Of a stretch of 38,022 nt of DNA, positions 1 through 7,838 are shown in pieces. The number at the start of each line of letters is the position of its first letter. Position 1 is the stretch's first letter. The position numbers and the translations under genes were made by a program. The stretch lies in contig JALUUP010000326.1 in the NCBI GenBank assembly GCA_027021285.1, positions 1 through 38,022 on the forward strand, written 5' to 3'. Under the pieces are notes generated by a model that saw only the letters and a program-made list of their open reading frames with translations, was not told the origin of the DNA and made no database searches. Origin of the DNA: Bacteroidota bacterium (GTDB lineage Bacteria; Bacteroidota; Ignavibacteria; SZUA-365; JAADGX01).

Positions 1-600
1 CCCGGAGTATCCATCCGCCGCTCGACCACTGCTGAAACCATCAAACTCATCCTTGGTTATCAACGTGCTCATGACATGCATGGACGCACTGACGGATGAT
101 GACATAAAGAGTTCAACCCCAAAACCGGCTTCGAAAAACGGGGTCAGCGTCTTCGAAAAAACGGTTTCATCCTTGTGTTTGTAAAATACGGAGCCCGCCC
201 CGGCATAGATGTATGGAACAAAGGTGCTGGAAAAACGACTAAGGCTGTACTTCACGTTCAGACCGGCAGTGATAAAACTCGTGAACAACGAAAAGCGCCG
301 GACGGGCTCACCCAGAATCATACGTTCCCCTTCTACCTTTCCATACCGAGAACCGAGCGAGAGTGAAATATCTTCGAATGGATAAAAACCAGCTTCGAAA
401 AATACCTGGGGAGCCCAGGTGGCGTTATCGATTCCATTTAAAACCCCGGCATCGAAACTACTGCCGATGGCCGAATAGCTGCCCCCGCCGGTTAAAAACA
501 GCGATCCCGGCTCATGTTGCGCATCCATCGAAGAACCCATCAGAAAGAGCGTTGAAACCAGGATTTGTATGTGAATAAAACGTTTCATCATTATTTTCAT
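1..600 (-). CDS. Secreted outer-membrane beta-barrel-like protein; 3' end lies beyond the left window edge (partial)
   Basis: Absent from the ORF track because no stop codon lies in the window. Hand translation of the minus strand shows the frame is open from 600 to 1, with no tta/cta/tca triplets in register. ATG at 600 is preceded by GAGGGA (605-610). Product starts MKIMMKRFIHIQILVSTLFLMGSSMDAQ (signal-peptide-like). It continues with alternating aromatic/Gly/Ser strands (FFEAGFYPF, YIYAGAGSVFY, FFEAGFGVELF) typical of OMP barrels. The family call rests on composition only. Confidence 0.5.
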   Translation of the reverse strand, partial: MKIMMKRFIHIQILVSTLFLMGSSMDAQHEPGSLFLTGGGSYSAIGSSFDAGVLNGIDNATWAPQVFFEAGFYPFEDISLSLGSRYGKVEGERMILGEPVRRFSLFTSFITAGLNVKYSLSRFSSTFVPYIYAGAGSVFYKHKDETVFSKTLTPFFEAGFGVELFMSSSVSASMHVMSTLITKDEFDGFSSGRAADGYSG

Positions 601-858
601 TTCTTCCCTCATTGTGGCTTTTGTTATTAATTCAACAATAGTGCCAACAGAGGTCATATCCGCAACAATCCAGCGGGAAAGACACAGCCAGCGGAACAAC
701 TCTCGAAAATCCAGTCAGTTACGAACGTTTACACGCCTGTTCGACATACCGGATATCCGGTTATAAAAACAACCTGCCTTGTAATCTGCTGAAATTTCTT
801 CAAAAAAGAAGTGCAAAATGCAAAGAATTACAACACGCAAAAAACATCACCCTTCTCT

Positions 859-1080
859 TCATGAACCGAACAAATCATCGAGAGGGTTCTTTTTCGGTGT
901 TGGACGCACTGCATATTTCTCGAATAACGCTGTCAGTTTTTTCTTTGACAATTCATCAAGGTCCTCGTCATCCTTGTCGCGTATTCGAAACATGTCAAAC
1001 ATTTCCTGCTCGTCCCGGGTCATCCGGGGAACGTAATCCATGAGTTCGAGAATCATCTTGTGTTGTTCGATGTGGGTCAT
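859..1080 (-). CDS. Hypothetical small acidic protein (73 aa)
   Basis: ATG at 1080 lies 8 nt downstream of a perfect AGGAGG (complement of 1089-1094) and 18 nt after the permease stop (1099-1101). The protein is highly charged and helical-looking (MTRDEQEMFDMFRIRDKDDEDLDELSKKK). I recognise no family. Confidence 0.6.
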   Translation of the reverse strand: MTHIEQHKMILELMDYVPRMTRDEQEMFDMFRIRDKDDEDLDELSKKKLTALFEKYAVRPTPKKNPLDDLFGS

Positions 1081-1098
1081 GCGATAATCCTCCTGATG

Positions 1099-2595
1099 TT
1101 ACATTCGAATGCGAGGGTCGAGAGCATCGCGCAAACCATCGCCGACCAGGTTGAAGCTGATCACGGTAAGCACGATCGCAAAACCAGGGAACGTGGAGAT
1201 CCACCACGCAGTCGAAAGATAATCTTTCCCTTCGTAGATGATATTCCCCCAACTCGCGGTTGGCGGTTCCACACCCAGGTTGAGAAAACTTAGAGCCGCT
1301 TCCACCAGGATGATCCCCCCGATACGCAAGGTTGCGTTAACAATGATGGGAGTCAAGGCGTTGGGAAGAATATGGCGTAGAATAATGCGTTTATGTTTGA
1401 ACCCAAGCGCGTGCGCTGCCAAAACGAATTCTTCTTCTTTCAATGAAAGAACCTGACCTCGAACCAGACGTGAGATGCCCATCCAGGAAGTCAATCCCAG
1501 TACAGCGACAATAAGAAAAACACGTGGAAAAGGAAGCTGCTGGAACAAGGCGATAATAATCAGAATGAAAAACAGATTGGGAAACGCCAGTAGCACATCG
1601 ACAAATCGCATCAAGCTCTTATCAACGTATCCACCAAAATACCCGGAAATCAAGCCAACAAGGGTACCAACCGTTACGGCAAGCAATACGGCAATGAGCC
1701 CCAACGCAAGGGATATTCTTGATCCGTAAATCAGTCGCGAGAATATATCCCGCCCGTACCGGTCCGTTCCAAGCAAGAAAAACCGCCTGCCTTCCCAATC
1801 TTCCGGTTTTTCCCCCTGGAGTTCATGAATGGGAATACGCAAAGCGTTTTTCCCTTGAGTTGCTACCACGTAATCCGCTTCAACATGGTACTCCGTAATA
1901 AAGAGAAGATGTTCGAGGCCGGATTGAACAAGCGTTGCGTTCGCTTCCTTCAGATTTCGGATGAGAGTATGTACGAAACCCTTTCCCGATTCCCCAGCGC
2001 TGGAAATTACCGCGGCAACACGCGGTTCTTTCAAAACCAGGTATCGGACTGATGAAAACGGCGGCTGAAATTTCGTTACCTGCGGATCCTGGAGCGCGTT
2101 GGGATCATACGGAGCAACCAACGGGCAGAGCAACGCGATCCCGTACATAATCAGGATTGTCAACAAGCCGAAGACGGCCACCCGTTGCGTCTTGAATTCC
2201 TGCCACGCCAACACTACTTGCGATACCGCGTGGTCGTCGGTCGTCGTCCGCTGTTGGCGGGATTTGGAATACGCCCAGATCGGTATCACAATCAGCAAGG
2301 CGAGAAGAGCCAGCGACGCGATCCAATGTTCCACTACCGCTGCACGGAATACATGCATCGGTTCTTCTCCGCGAATTGCCAGGAGAACGATAGAATAGAG
2401 GAATGATTCCAGCCCGCTGACGAAACTGTTGAAGCGAAAAAACACTGTCAGGAGCAGACCGACATACAACATAAAGATCGCCATGCCGGACCTGACCTTG
2501 CCGTTTCGCAAATGCCCGAATCCCGGAACCAGTGTTATACCCCGGGAAATATTGGCGGTCAACAACTTCAGCATAGCAAGGAAACTTCTCGTCAT
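1099..2595 (-). CDS. ABC transporter permease, OppC/DppC (binding-protein-dependent peptide/nickel) family, with N-terminal extension
   Basis: The C-terminal 220 aa carry the classic OppC/DppC core: LLGTDRYGRDIFSRLIYGSRISLALG, GLISGYFGGYVDKSLMRFVDVLLAFP, and an EAA-loop-like AAHALGFKHKRIILRHILPNALTPIIV. The start lies 6 nt after the upstream permease stop. The canonical N-terminus (WQEFKTQRVAVFGLL...APYDP) only begins near residue 125. Confidence 0.9.
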   Translation of the reverse strand: MTRSFLAMLKLLTANISRGITLVPGFGHLRNGKVRSGMAIFMLYVGLLLTVFFRFNSFVSGLESFLYSIVLLAIRGEEPMHVFRAAVVEHWIASLALLALLIVIPIWAYSKSRQQRTTTDDHAVSQVVLAWQEFKTQRVAVFGLLTILIMYGIALLCPLVAPYDPNALQDPQVTKFQPPFSSVRYLVLKEPRVAAVISSAGESGKGFVHTLIRNLKEANATLVQSGLEHLLFITEYHVEADYVVATQGKNALRIPIHELQGEKPEDWEGRRFFLLGTDRYGRDIFSRLIYGSRISLALGLIAVLLAVTVGTLVGLISGYFGGYVDKSLMRFVDVLLAFPNLFFILIIIALFQQLPFPRVFLIVAVLGLTSWMGISRLVRGQVLSLKEEEFVLAAHALGFKHKRIILRHILPNALTPIIVNATLRIGGIILVEAALSFLNLGVEPPTASWGNIIYEGKDYLSTAWWISTFPGFAIVLTVISFNLVGDGLRDALDPRIRM

Positions 2596-2601
2596 GAGGG
2601 T

Positions 2602-3567
2602 CTATTCCAACCGTATCCGCGGATCGACGATAGCATACAGAACATCGGCCAGGAGATTTCCCAAAACCACCATGAGACCGGATATGGCCGTGAGAGCGAT
2701 GACAACAGGATAGTCGCGTGAGAAAATCGCTTCCAGGAGTACGTTCCCCATCCCGGGCCAATCGAATACCGCTTCGACTACTACCGCTCCACCGAGCAAG
2801 AAGGGTAATGACAGCCCGACGATGGTGATCACGGGAATCATGGCGTTCCGCATCGCATGCTTTCCTACGACTTTCCACTCGGGAAGGCCCTTGGCACGCG
2901 CCGTCCTGATATAATCCTGCTTAATGACATCCAGCAGGCTCCCCCGCATATAACGACCCGTAGCGGCCGCTGACGCAAATCCCAGGACGAATACCGGGAG
3001 GACAAGGTGCTTGGCCAGATCGAAGATATACGCGAACATCGGAAGCTGGTCGGCGTTCGGGGAATGCATCTGTGCCGCCGGGAGCAAATCCAGATGGAGA
3101 GAGACACCGAGAATCAGCATCAATGCGAGCCAGAATTCCGGTATTGAATAAACGAACAGGGCGAGAACCGTTGTAATGTTATCCACCCACGAACCTCGTG
3201 TTACCGCCGAAAGGGTGCCGATAAGCACCCCGAGAGCGATGTTCAAAAAAAGCGCCAGTGTGGTGAGAATAAGCGTGTTGGGAATGGCATCGGCCAGAAT
3301 GTCGACCACCGGGCGATGCTTGCTGAAGGACACGCCGAACTCCCCCGTGGCGGTAGCTTTGAGCCATTTCACGTACTGCAACGGAAGCGGGTCGTCAAGC
3401 CCAAGATTTCGACGAACCCGGTCCGCGATGCCGGGGTCCACATTGCCTTGCAAATAGAGACTGGCGGGATCGCCCGGCGCCATGCGAATAATAAAAAACG
3501 TGACTGTCAGCAAACCGAAAATCAATGGGATTGCCGCAATCACGCGCTTGAGGATGTACAGTAACAC
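2602..3567 (-). CDS. ABC transporter permease, OppB/DppB family
   Basis: GTG start. MLLYILKRVIAAIPLIFGLLTVTFFIIRMAPGDP is the canonical OppB/DppB N-terminus. DYIRTARAKGLPEWKVVGKHAMRNAMIPVIT is the EAA loop. Confidence 0.92.
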   Translation of the reverse strand: MLLYILKRVIAAIPLIFGLLTVTFFIIRMAPGDPASLYLQGNVDPGIADRVRRNLGLDDPLPLQYVKWLKATATGEFGVSFSKHRPVVDILADAIPNTLILTTLALFLNIALGVLIGTLSAVTRGSWVDNITTVLALFVYSIPEFWLALMLILGVSLHLDLLPAAQMHSPNADQLPMFAYIFDLAKHLVLPVFVLGFASAAATGRYMRGSLLDVIKQDYIRTARAKGLPEWKVVGKHAMRNAMIPVITIVGLSLPFLLGGAVVVEAVFDWPGMGNVLLEAIFSRDYPVVIALTAISGLMVVLGNLLADVLYAIVDPRIRLE

Positions 3568-3591
3568 AGAAAGCTCGTGAAATAGATGGAA

Positions 3592-5286
3592 TCAGTAAAC
3601 GACTGAGCCTTGAGGTGACCCGATGGTCCAATTCCACATCTCGTTCATCGCGCCCAGAATCCCTACCTCGGTATTCTGGAGACGATTGTTGATCCCGACG
3701 ATTTCTTTGATCCAGTAGAGAAACGTAAACGGTTGTTCCTCGTGAAGAATTGCCTGAAGCTCTTTCCAGAAAGGAGCTGCTTCCAGATAGGACTTCACGT
3801 TCTGCCCATACCGGATGAGTTCATCCACTCTCGTGTTCCTGAATCCTGCCTGGTTCAACGGATTCTGAATGTCGGAACCCCAGCGATCAGACGGGTCGAT
3901 CGCCAGGCCGACACTGAACCCCGCCAGGAATGCATCGTATTCTTTCCGGGCGATCTTTTCATAGAATACAACACCTTCCACGGTTTCGATGTTCACGATG
4001 ATTCCAAGCTTCTTGAGGTTGTCCTGGATGATATTGGCTGCGTATGCCCGGCGAGCGTTCCCGGCGTTGTAGCGAAGGGTAAACTCGAATTTCCGCCCAT
4101 TGTGATCGAGAATTCCATCGCCATCGGTGTCCGTCCAGCCGGCCATTGCCAGCAGGTTCCGCGCTTTCTCCGGATCATACGAATACGGCTTGAGCCCGAA
4201 ATTGTATGCCCAGCGGAAAATAGGGGAAATGTCGCTTGTGGCAAGCTGGCCGTAGCCGCCGAGAAATCCGTCGATGATCTGCTGCCGGTTTATTCCGTAC
4301 GTCAAGGCCTGACGTACGCGCTTGTTGCCAAACAGCGGATGCGGCTTGATAACCTTCCTCCCGCTTTCGTTCCATGCCTTGAAGTCGATGTTGGCCCATC
4401 CAACATATTCGTACACGCGAGGCGGCATGGTTTCGATACGAATAGATGGATAGTTCAACTGAATATCCTGGACATCTTCGGGATTAATCGGCCACATCAT
4501 GTCGATTGTGCCTTTCTTCAATTCTGTCAAGCGTGTTACTGGTTCCGAAATGACACGCAGGATTACCCGTTTCAGTTTTGCGGGATACGGAAGATTGCAT
4601 TTCGGATTCCGTGCAAGCACAATTTCCTGCTGGCGAATCCACTTTTCGAGTCTAAACGGACCCGCCGAGAGCGGTCGGGCATTCGCCGGATTCGAATCAA
4701 GTGTCCGCAGATCGGCGTTCTGGAAAACATGCTTTGGAACCGGAGGCAGGTTCAAATGAAAGAGCTGCGTCGGATAGGTGTGGTCAAAGTGGAAGATCAA
4801 CGTGCTGTCATTGATGATCTCGATGCTCCGATCCACGTCGAACTTCCCGTCGGTCCAGATCATGTTCCGTACGTAATTCTGCCGCGGACTGCTGACTTCC
4901 TGACTTCCGTACAACCCGTACGAGAACTTGACGTCTTCCGCTGTCACGCGGATACCATCCTCCCAAAACACGTCCCCCCGAAGATCGAGCCGAATATCCT
5001 TCTGTCCGTTGAGGAATTCCCATGATTTCACAAGCATGGGTCCGTAAACCAACCGCCCCTCACCGGTTGCGAACTTGACGTCAAACATCTGCGGAAAAAT
5101 CGCGTCGTTTACTTGCGAGGCAATCAGCTCCGCGGAAACAACAGGATTAAAATTATCGACATCGCCCATGATTGCGACAACGGCGGTTTCCGGTCGGGGG
5201 TCTTCGCTTTTCGAGCCGGATTTCTTACCACAGGATGACAGAAAAAGAGAAAAGAGAAGGAGAAGTGTTGCGTACCGGGTAAACAT
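3592..5286 (-). CDS. ABC transporter substrate-binding lipoprotein, family 5 (peptide/nickel, OppA/DppA-like)
   Basis: The 576-aa ORF begins at 5322. However, the ATG at 5286 follows GGAGG with a 4-nt spacer and gives MFTRYATLLLLFSLFLSSCG, a lipoprotein signal with an LSSC lipobox. The ATG at 5322 has AAGGAT directly abutting it. Length and operon position upstream of two Opp-type permeases fit an SBP_bac_5 protein. Confidence 0.88.
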   Translation of the reverse strand: MFTRYATLLLLFSLFLSSCGKKSGSKSEDPRPETAVVAIMGDVDNFNPVVSAELIASQVNDAIFPQMFDVKFATGEGRLVYGPMLVKSWEFLNGQKDIRLDLRGDVFWEDGIRVTAEDVKFSYGLYGSQEVSSPRQNYVRNMIWTDGKFDVDRSIEIINDSTLIFHFDHTYPTQLFHLNLPPVPKHVFQNADLRTLDSNPANARPLSAGPFRLEKWIRQQEIVLARNPKCNLPYPAKLKRVILRVISEPVTRLTELKKGTIDMMWPINPEDVQDIQLNYPSIRIETMPPRVYEYVGWANIDFKAWNESGRKVIKPHPLFGNKRVRQALTYGINRQQIIDGFLGGYGQLATSDISPIFRWAYNFGLKPYSYDPEKARNLLAMAGWTDTDGDGILDHNGRKFEFTLRYNAGNARRAYAANIIQDNLKKLGIIVNIETVEGVVFYEKIARKEYDAFLAGFSVGLAIDPSDRWGSDIQNPLNQAGFRNTRVDELIRYGQNVKSYLEAAPFWKELQAILHEEQPFTFLYWIKEIVGINNRLQNTEVGILGAMNEMWNWTIGSPQGSVVY

Positions 5287-5441
5287 GAGACCTCCGTGGA
5301 AAGGTTGTCGAATCGGCGGCATCCTTAAAAGCGTACTGCCAATGCAAAGTGAGTTTCTTCTATACTACGCTACCTTCGAAAAGGAACGGAAAGTTTTAGA
5401 AAAAGTCAACTCCCGGCTGTGATTTCATACGATGGTGGTAT

Positions 5442-6554
5442 CTACTCGAAATCGTGTTCAAACCATCCGATGGCGCGATCAGTGTCTTCAAGGGATTCGT
5501 TGCGTTTGATTGCTTCTTCCAGCCGACTTGCCATGGCTTTCGAAGCATCGTACCCGTAATGCTTCAGCAGGTAGTTCAAGGCGATGGTTTCCGAGATAAC
5601 TGTCACGTTCTTTCCCGGGAATATCGGAAGGCGGACAAACGGTATTTCAACTCCCATGATATCACGCGTGTCTTCTTCTTCCAGACCAACACGCGTATAA
5701 TCCTGGTCGCTGTGCCAGTCCTCGAGATGCACAATGACTTCTACTCGCTTCTGAAACCGAATAGATCGAATTCCAAACATGCTGCGCACGTCCAACATTC
5801 CCAGACCCCGGATTTCCATGCTGTGTTGGATGAGTTTCGTGCCCGAGCCCATGAGGATGCCTTCGCCCTTGCGAACCACGATCACGACGTCGTCCGCAAC
5901 CAGCCGATGCCCCCGCTCTACCAGGTCCAACGCTATTTCGCTTTTCCCTATTGCAGATCGACCGGTAAACAACAGACCGACACCGTAAACATCGACGAAC
6001 GCACCGTGAATTGTCGTCTGCGGGCTGAAAATATCGTCCAGGTAATCGACGATGAAGTACGTTGCTTTTGTTGTCTCAAACGGCGTTTGGAATATCTGCA
6101 CGTTCTTTTCGGTCGCCAGTTCTATCAGCGTCGGATCGCACTCATTACCACAGGTGATAATGATACAAGGTATTTCGAACTCCAAAATGCGGGCAAACGT
6201 GGCCTTTCTCTCCTCCAACGACAACTCGGAAAGATACCGGACCTCCGTGTTTCCCATAACCTGAATGCGGTCATAGCGAAACAACTTAACGAACCCCGCC
6301 AACGCGAGACCGGGACGGTGGAGGTTCTTATCCGTGATCCTCCGATGGAACCCGATTTCACCGTTCACGCATGTAAGCTTCAAACGATCCGTATTTGCCT
6401 TGAAGAACGCCCCGACCGTAATGTTCTCTTTCTGAGTGATCTTCAGATTCTCCCAGTATTCCTGTGTAATAACGCACCTCCTCTTCTCTTCGCACGGTGA
6501 AAAAACAAGGTGACCGTTTCCGGCCGTCGAACCGGAACCGGTCACCAGACGCAA
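5442..6554 (-). CDS. hprK: HPr kinase/phosphorylase
   Basis: HGAFVDVYGVGLLFTGRSAIGKSEIALDLVERGHRLVADDVV (P-loop) and MEIRGLGMLDV are HprK signatures. The start is uncertain: the ORF-track start at 6554 is TTG, and the region homologous to B. subtilis HprK begins near ITVGAFF, about 40 aa downstream. Confidence 0.88.
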   Translation of the reverse strand: MRLVTGSGSTAGNGHLVFSPCEEKRRCVITQEYWENLKITQKENITVGAFFKANTDRLKLTCVNGEIGFHRRITDKNLHRPGLALAGFVKLFRYDRIQVMGNTEVRYLSELSLEERKATFARILEFEIPCIIITCGNECDPTLIELATEKNVQIFQTPFETTKATYFIVDYLDDIFSPQTTIHGAFVDVYGVGLLFTGRSAIGKSEIALDLVERGHRLVADDVVIVVRKGEGILMGSGTKLIQHSMEIRGLGMLDVRSMFGIRSIRFQKRVEVIVHLEDWHSDQDYTRVGLEEEDTRDIMGVEIPFVRLPIFPGKNVTVISETIALNYLLKHYGYDASKAMASRLEEAIKRNESLEDTDRAIGWFEHDFE

Positions 6555-6563
6555 GATCAGACC

Positions 6564-6860
6564 TTAATATTGCCGATGTTTGGTTTTATATTTTTTCAAT
6601 TGCCTTTCGAGTTTGAATACGGCATTATCGATGGATTTATAGAAATTTTCCGATTTTTCAATGGCTGTCAGCACGGTACCATAGACATGGAGATTTATTT
6701 CTGCTATTTTGACGCTGTCCTTTGTGCGTTCAAAAGAGAGGACAATGTTCCCGTTTACAATACCATCATAAAAACGCTTCAACGTTCCAACCTGATTGAG
6801 AGCATATTGCTTCAATCCTTCATGAGCTTTGAAATGCCGAGCAGTAAATTGTACGTTCAT
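6564..6860 (-). CDS. hpf: Ribosome hibernation promoting factor / ribosome-associated inhibitor (short HPF/RaiA family)
   Basis: 98 aa. MNVQFTARHFKAHEGLKQYA...KLERQLKKYK matches the S30AE/sigma-54 modulation protein family. AAGGAG lies 8 nt upstream of the ATG. Confidence 0.88.
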   Translation of the reverse strand: MNVQFTARHFKAHEGLKQYALNQVGTLKRFYDGIVNGNIVLSFERTKDSVKIAEINLHVYGTVLTAIEKSENFYKSIDNAVFKLERQLKKYKTKHRQY

Positions 6861-6899
6861 TTTTCCGCTCCTTTCTGAAAAATGTAAACGATGGACAGG

Positions 6900-7808
6900 C
6901 TATCCCGCTCGAGGATGAGCCTGCTTATAAATCTTTTTTAAACGTTCAGTTGAGACATGTGTATAAATCTGGGTTGTCGAAAGGTTCGCATGACCAAGAA
7001 GCTCTTTCACTGCGCGCAAGTCTGCACCGCTGTTCAGCATGTGCGTTGCAAAAGAATGTCGCAACACGTGGGGACTCAAGTGTTCACGCGCGCTTGCTTT
7101 TGCAAGGTACGATTGTACAATGTTCTGAACACGCCGCGGACTGATTCTGCTTCCTTGACGAGAAAGGAACAATGCGCTGCGATCCGCTTTCGCACCGCGT
7201 TGATCGAGCAAGGATTGTCTCTTCCCAATATACACGCGAATCGCAGAGACAGCAGCAGAGCCACACGGAACTATACGCTCTTTCCGTCCCTTTCCGAAAA
7301 TGCGAACAGTGTTCTCGTCGAGTTGAAGGTCGTACACGTCGAGGCCGGTAAGCTCCCGTAAACGTATTCCCGCTCCATACAGAAGCTCAAGAATTGCCCG
7401 GTCCCTCGCGCCCGTAAATGTTGACGTGTCCGGCAACGTCATCACGAATTCGATCTCGTTTACCTCCACAAACGTAGGCAGCTTTTTTTCCAGCTTCGGA
7501 GGATGTATGGCAGCAGCCGGATTTCCCCGGATGTAGCCTTCGCGATGACAGAATTTGAAAAATGACCGTACGGCGGCCAGCTTGCGACCGATGGACCTAC
7601 GCGAAAGGCCGGATTCCACCAACTGACCAAGATACACGCGGATGGTACCGGGATCTATAGCGTTGACGTCCGGCGTCGGTGTGTGCGTCCATTCCTCCAG
7701 GAAACGAAAGAATTGCCTCACATCTCTTTCGTATGCCGCCAAGGTGTGCGCGGATACATTTCGCTTGACCTCAAGGTAGGAGAGATATGTTGAAAGAAGC
7801 GCCTTCAA
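6900..7808 (-). CDS. xerC: Tyrosine site-specific recombinase, XerC/XerD type
   Basis: An N-terminal SAM-like domain (YLEVKRNVSAHTLAAYERDVRQF) is present. The catalytic region is ARDRAILELLYGAGIRLREL ... HVLRHSFATHML ... LLGHANLSTTQIYTHV (R-H-R-Y). XerC versus XerD cannot be decided from sequence alone. Confidence 0.88.
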   Translation of the reverse strand: MKALLSTYLSYLEVKRNVSAHTLAAYERDVRQFFRFLEEWTHTPTPDVNAIDPGTIRVYLGQLVESGLSRRSIGRKLAAVRSFFKFCHREGYIRGNPAAAIHPPKLEKKLPTFVEVNEIEFVMTLPDTSTFTGARDRAILELLYGAGIRLRELTGLDVYDLQLDENTVRIFGKGRKERIVPCGSAAVSAIRVYIGKRQSLLDQRGAKADRSALFLSRQGSRISPRRVQNIVQSYLAKASAREHLSPHVLRHSFATHMLNSGADLRAVKELLGHANLSTTQIYTHVSTERLKKIYKQAHPRAG

Positions 7809-7838
7809 CGCGATTATCCCTTCGTTAAATGATGTGTG

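Noticed and set aside
3733-5025. A 430-aa plus-strand ORF opposite the ABC binding-protein gene, and similar long antisense ORFs at 5454-6500, 7836-8810, 15206-16066, 17830-19074, 23309-24166 and 36003-36893.
   Set aside because: Each is in exact antisense codon register with a gene that has strong family motifs. Their products are Arg/Gly/Ser/Pro-rich with no recognisable domains and no RBS. The pattern is explained by avoidance of TTA, CTA and TCA codons in the sense genes.
6900-7808. A tyrosine recombinase as a possible marker of an integrated mobile element or genomic island.
   Set aside because: It has the XerC/XerD architecture and sits in a housekeeping string (topA-xerC-hpf-hprK). 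There is no flanking tRNA, direct repeats, phage or transposon genes, or visible composition break.
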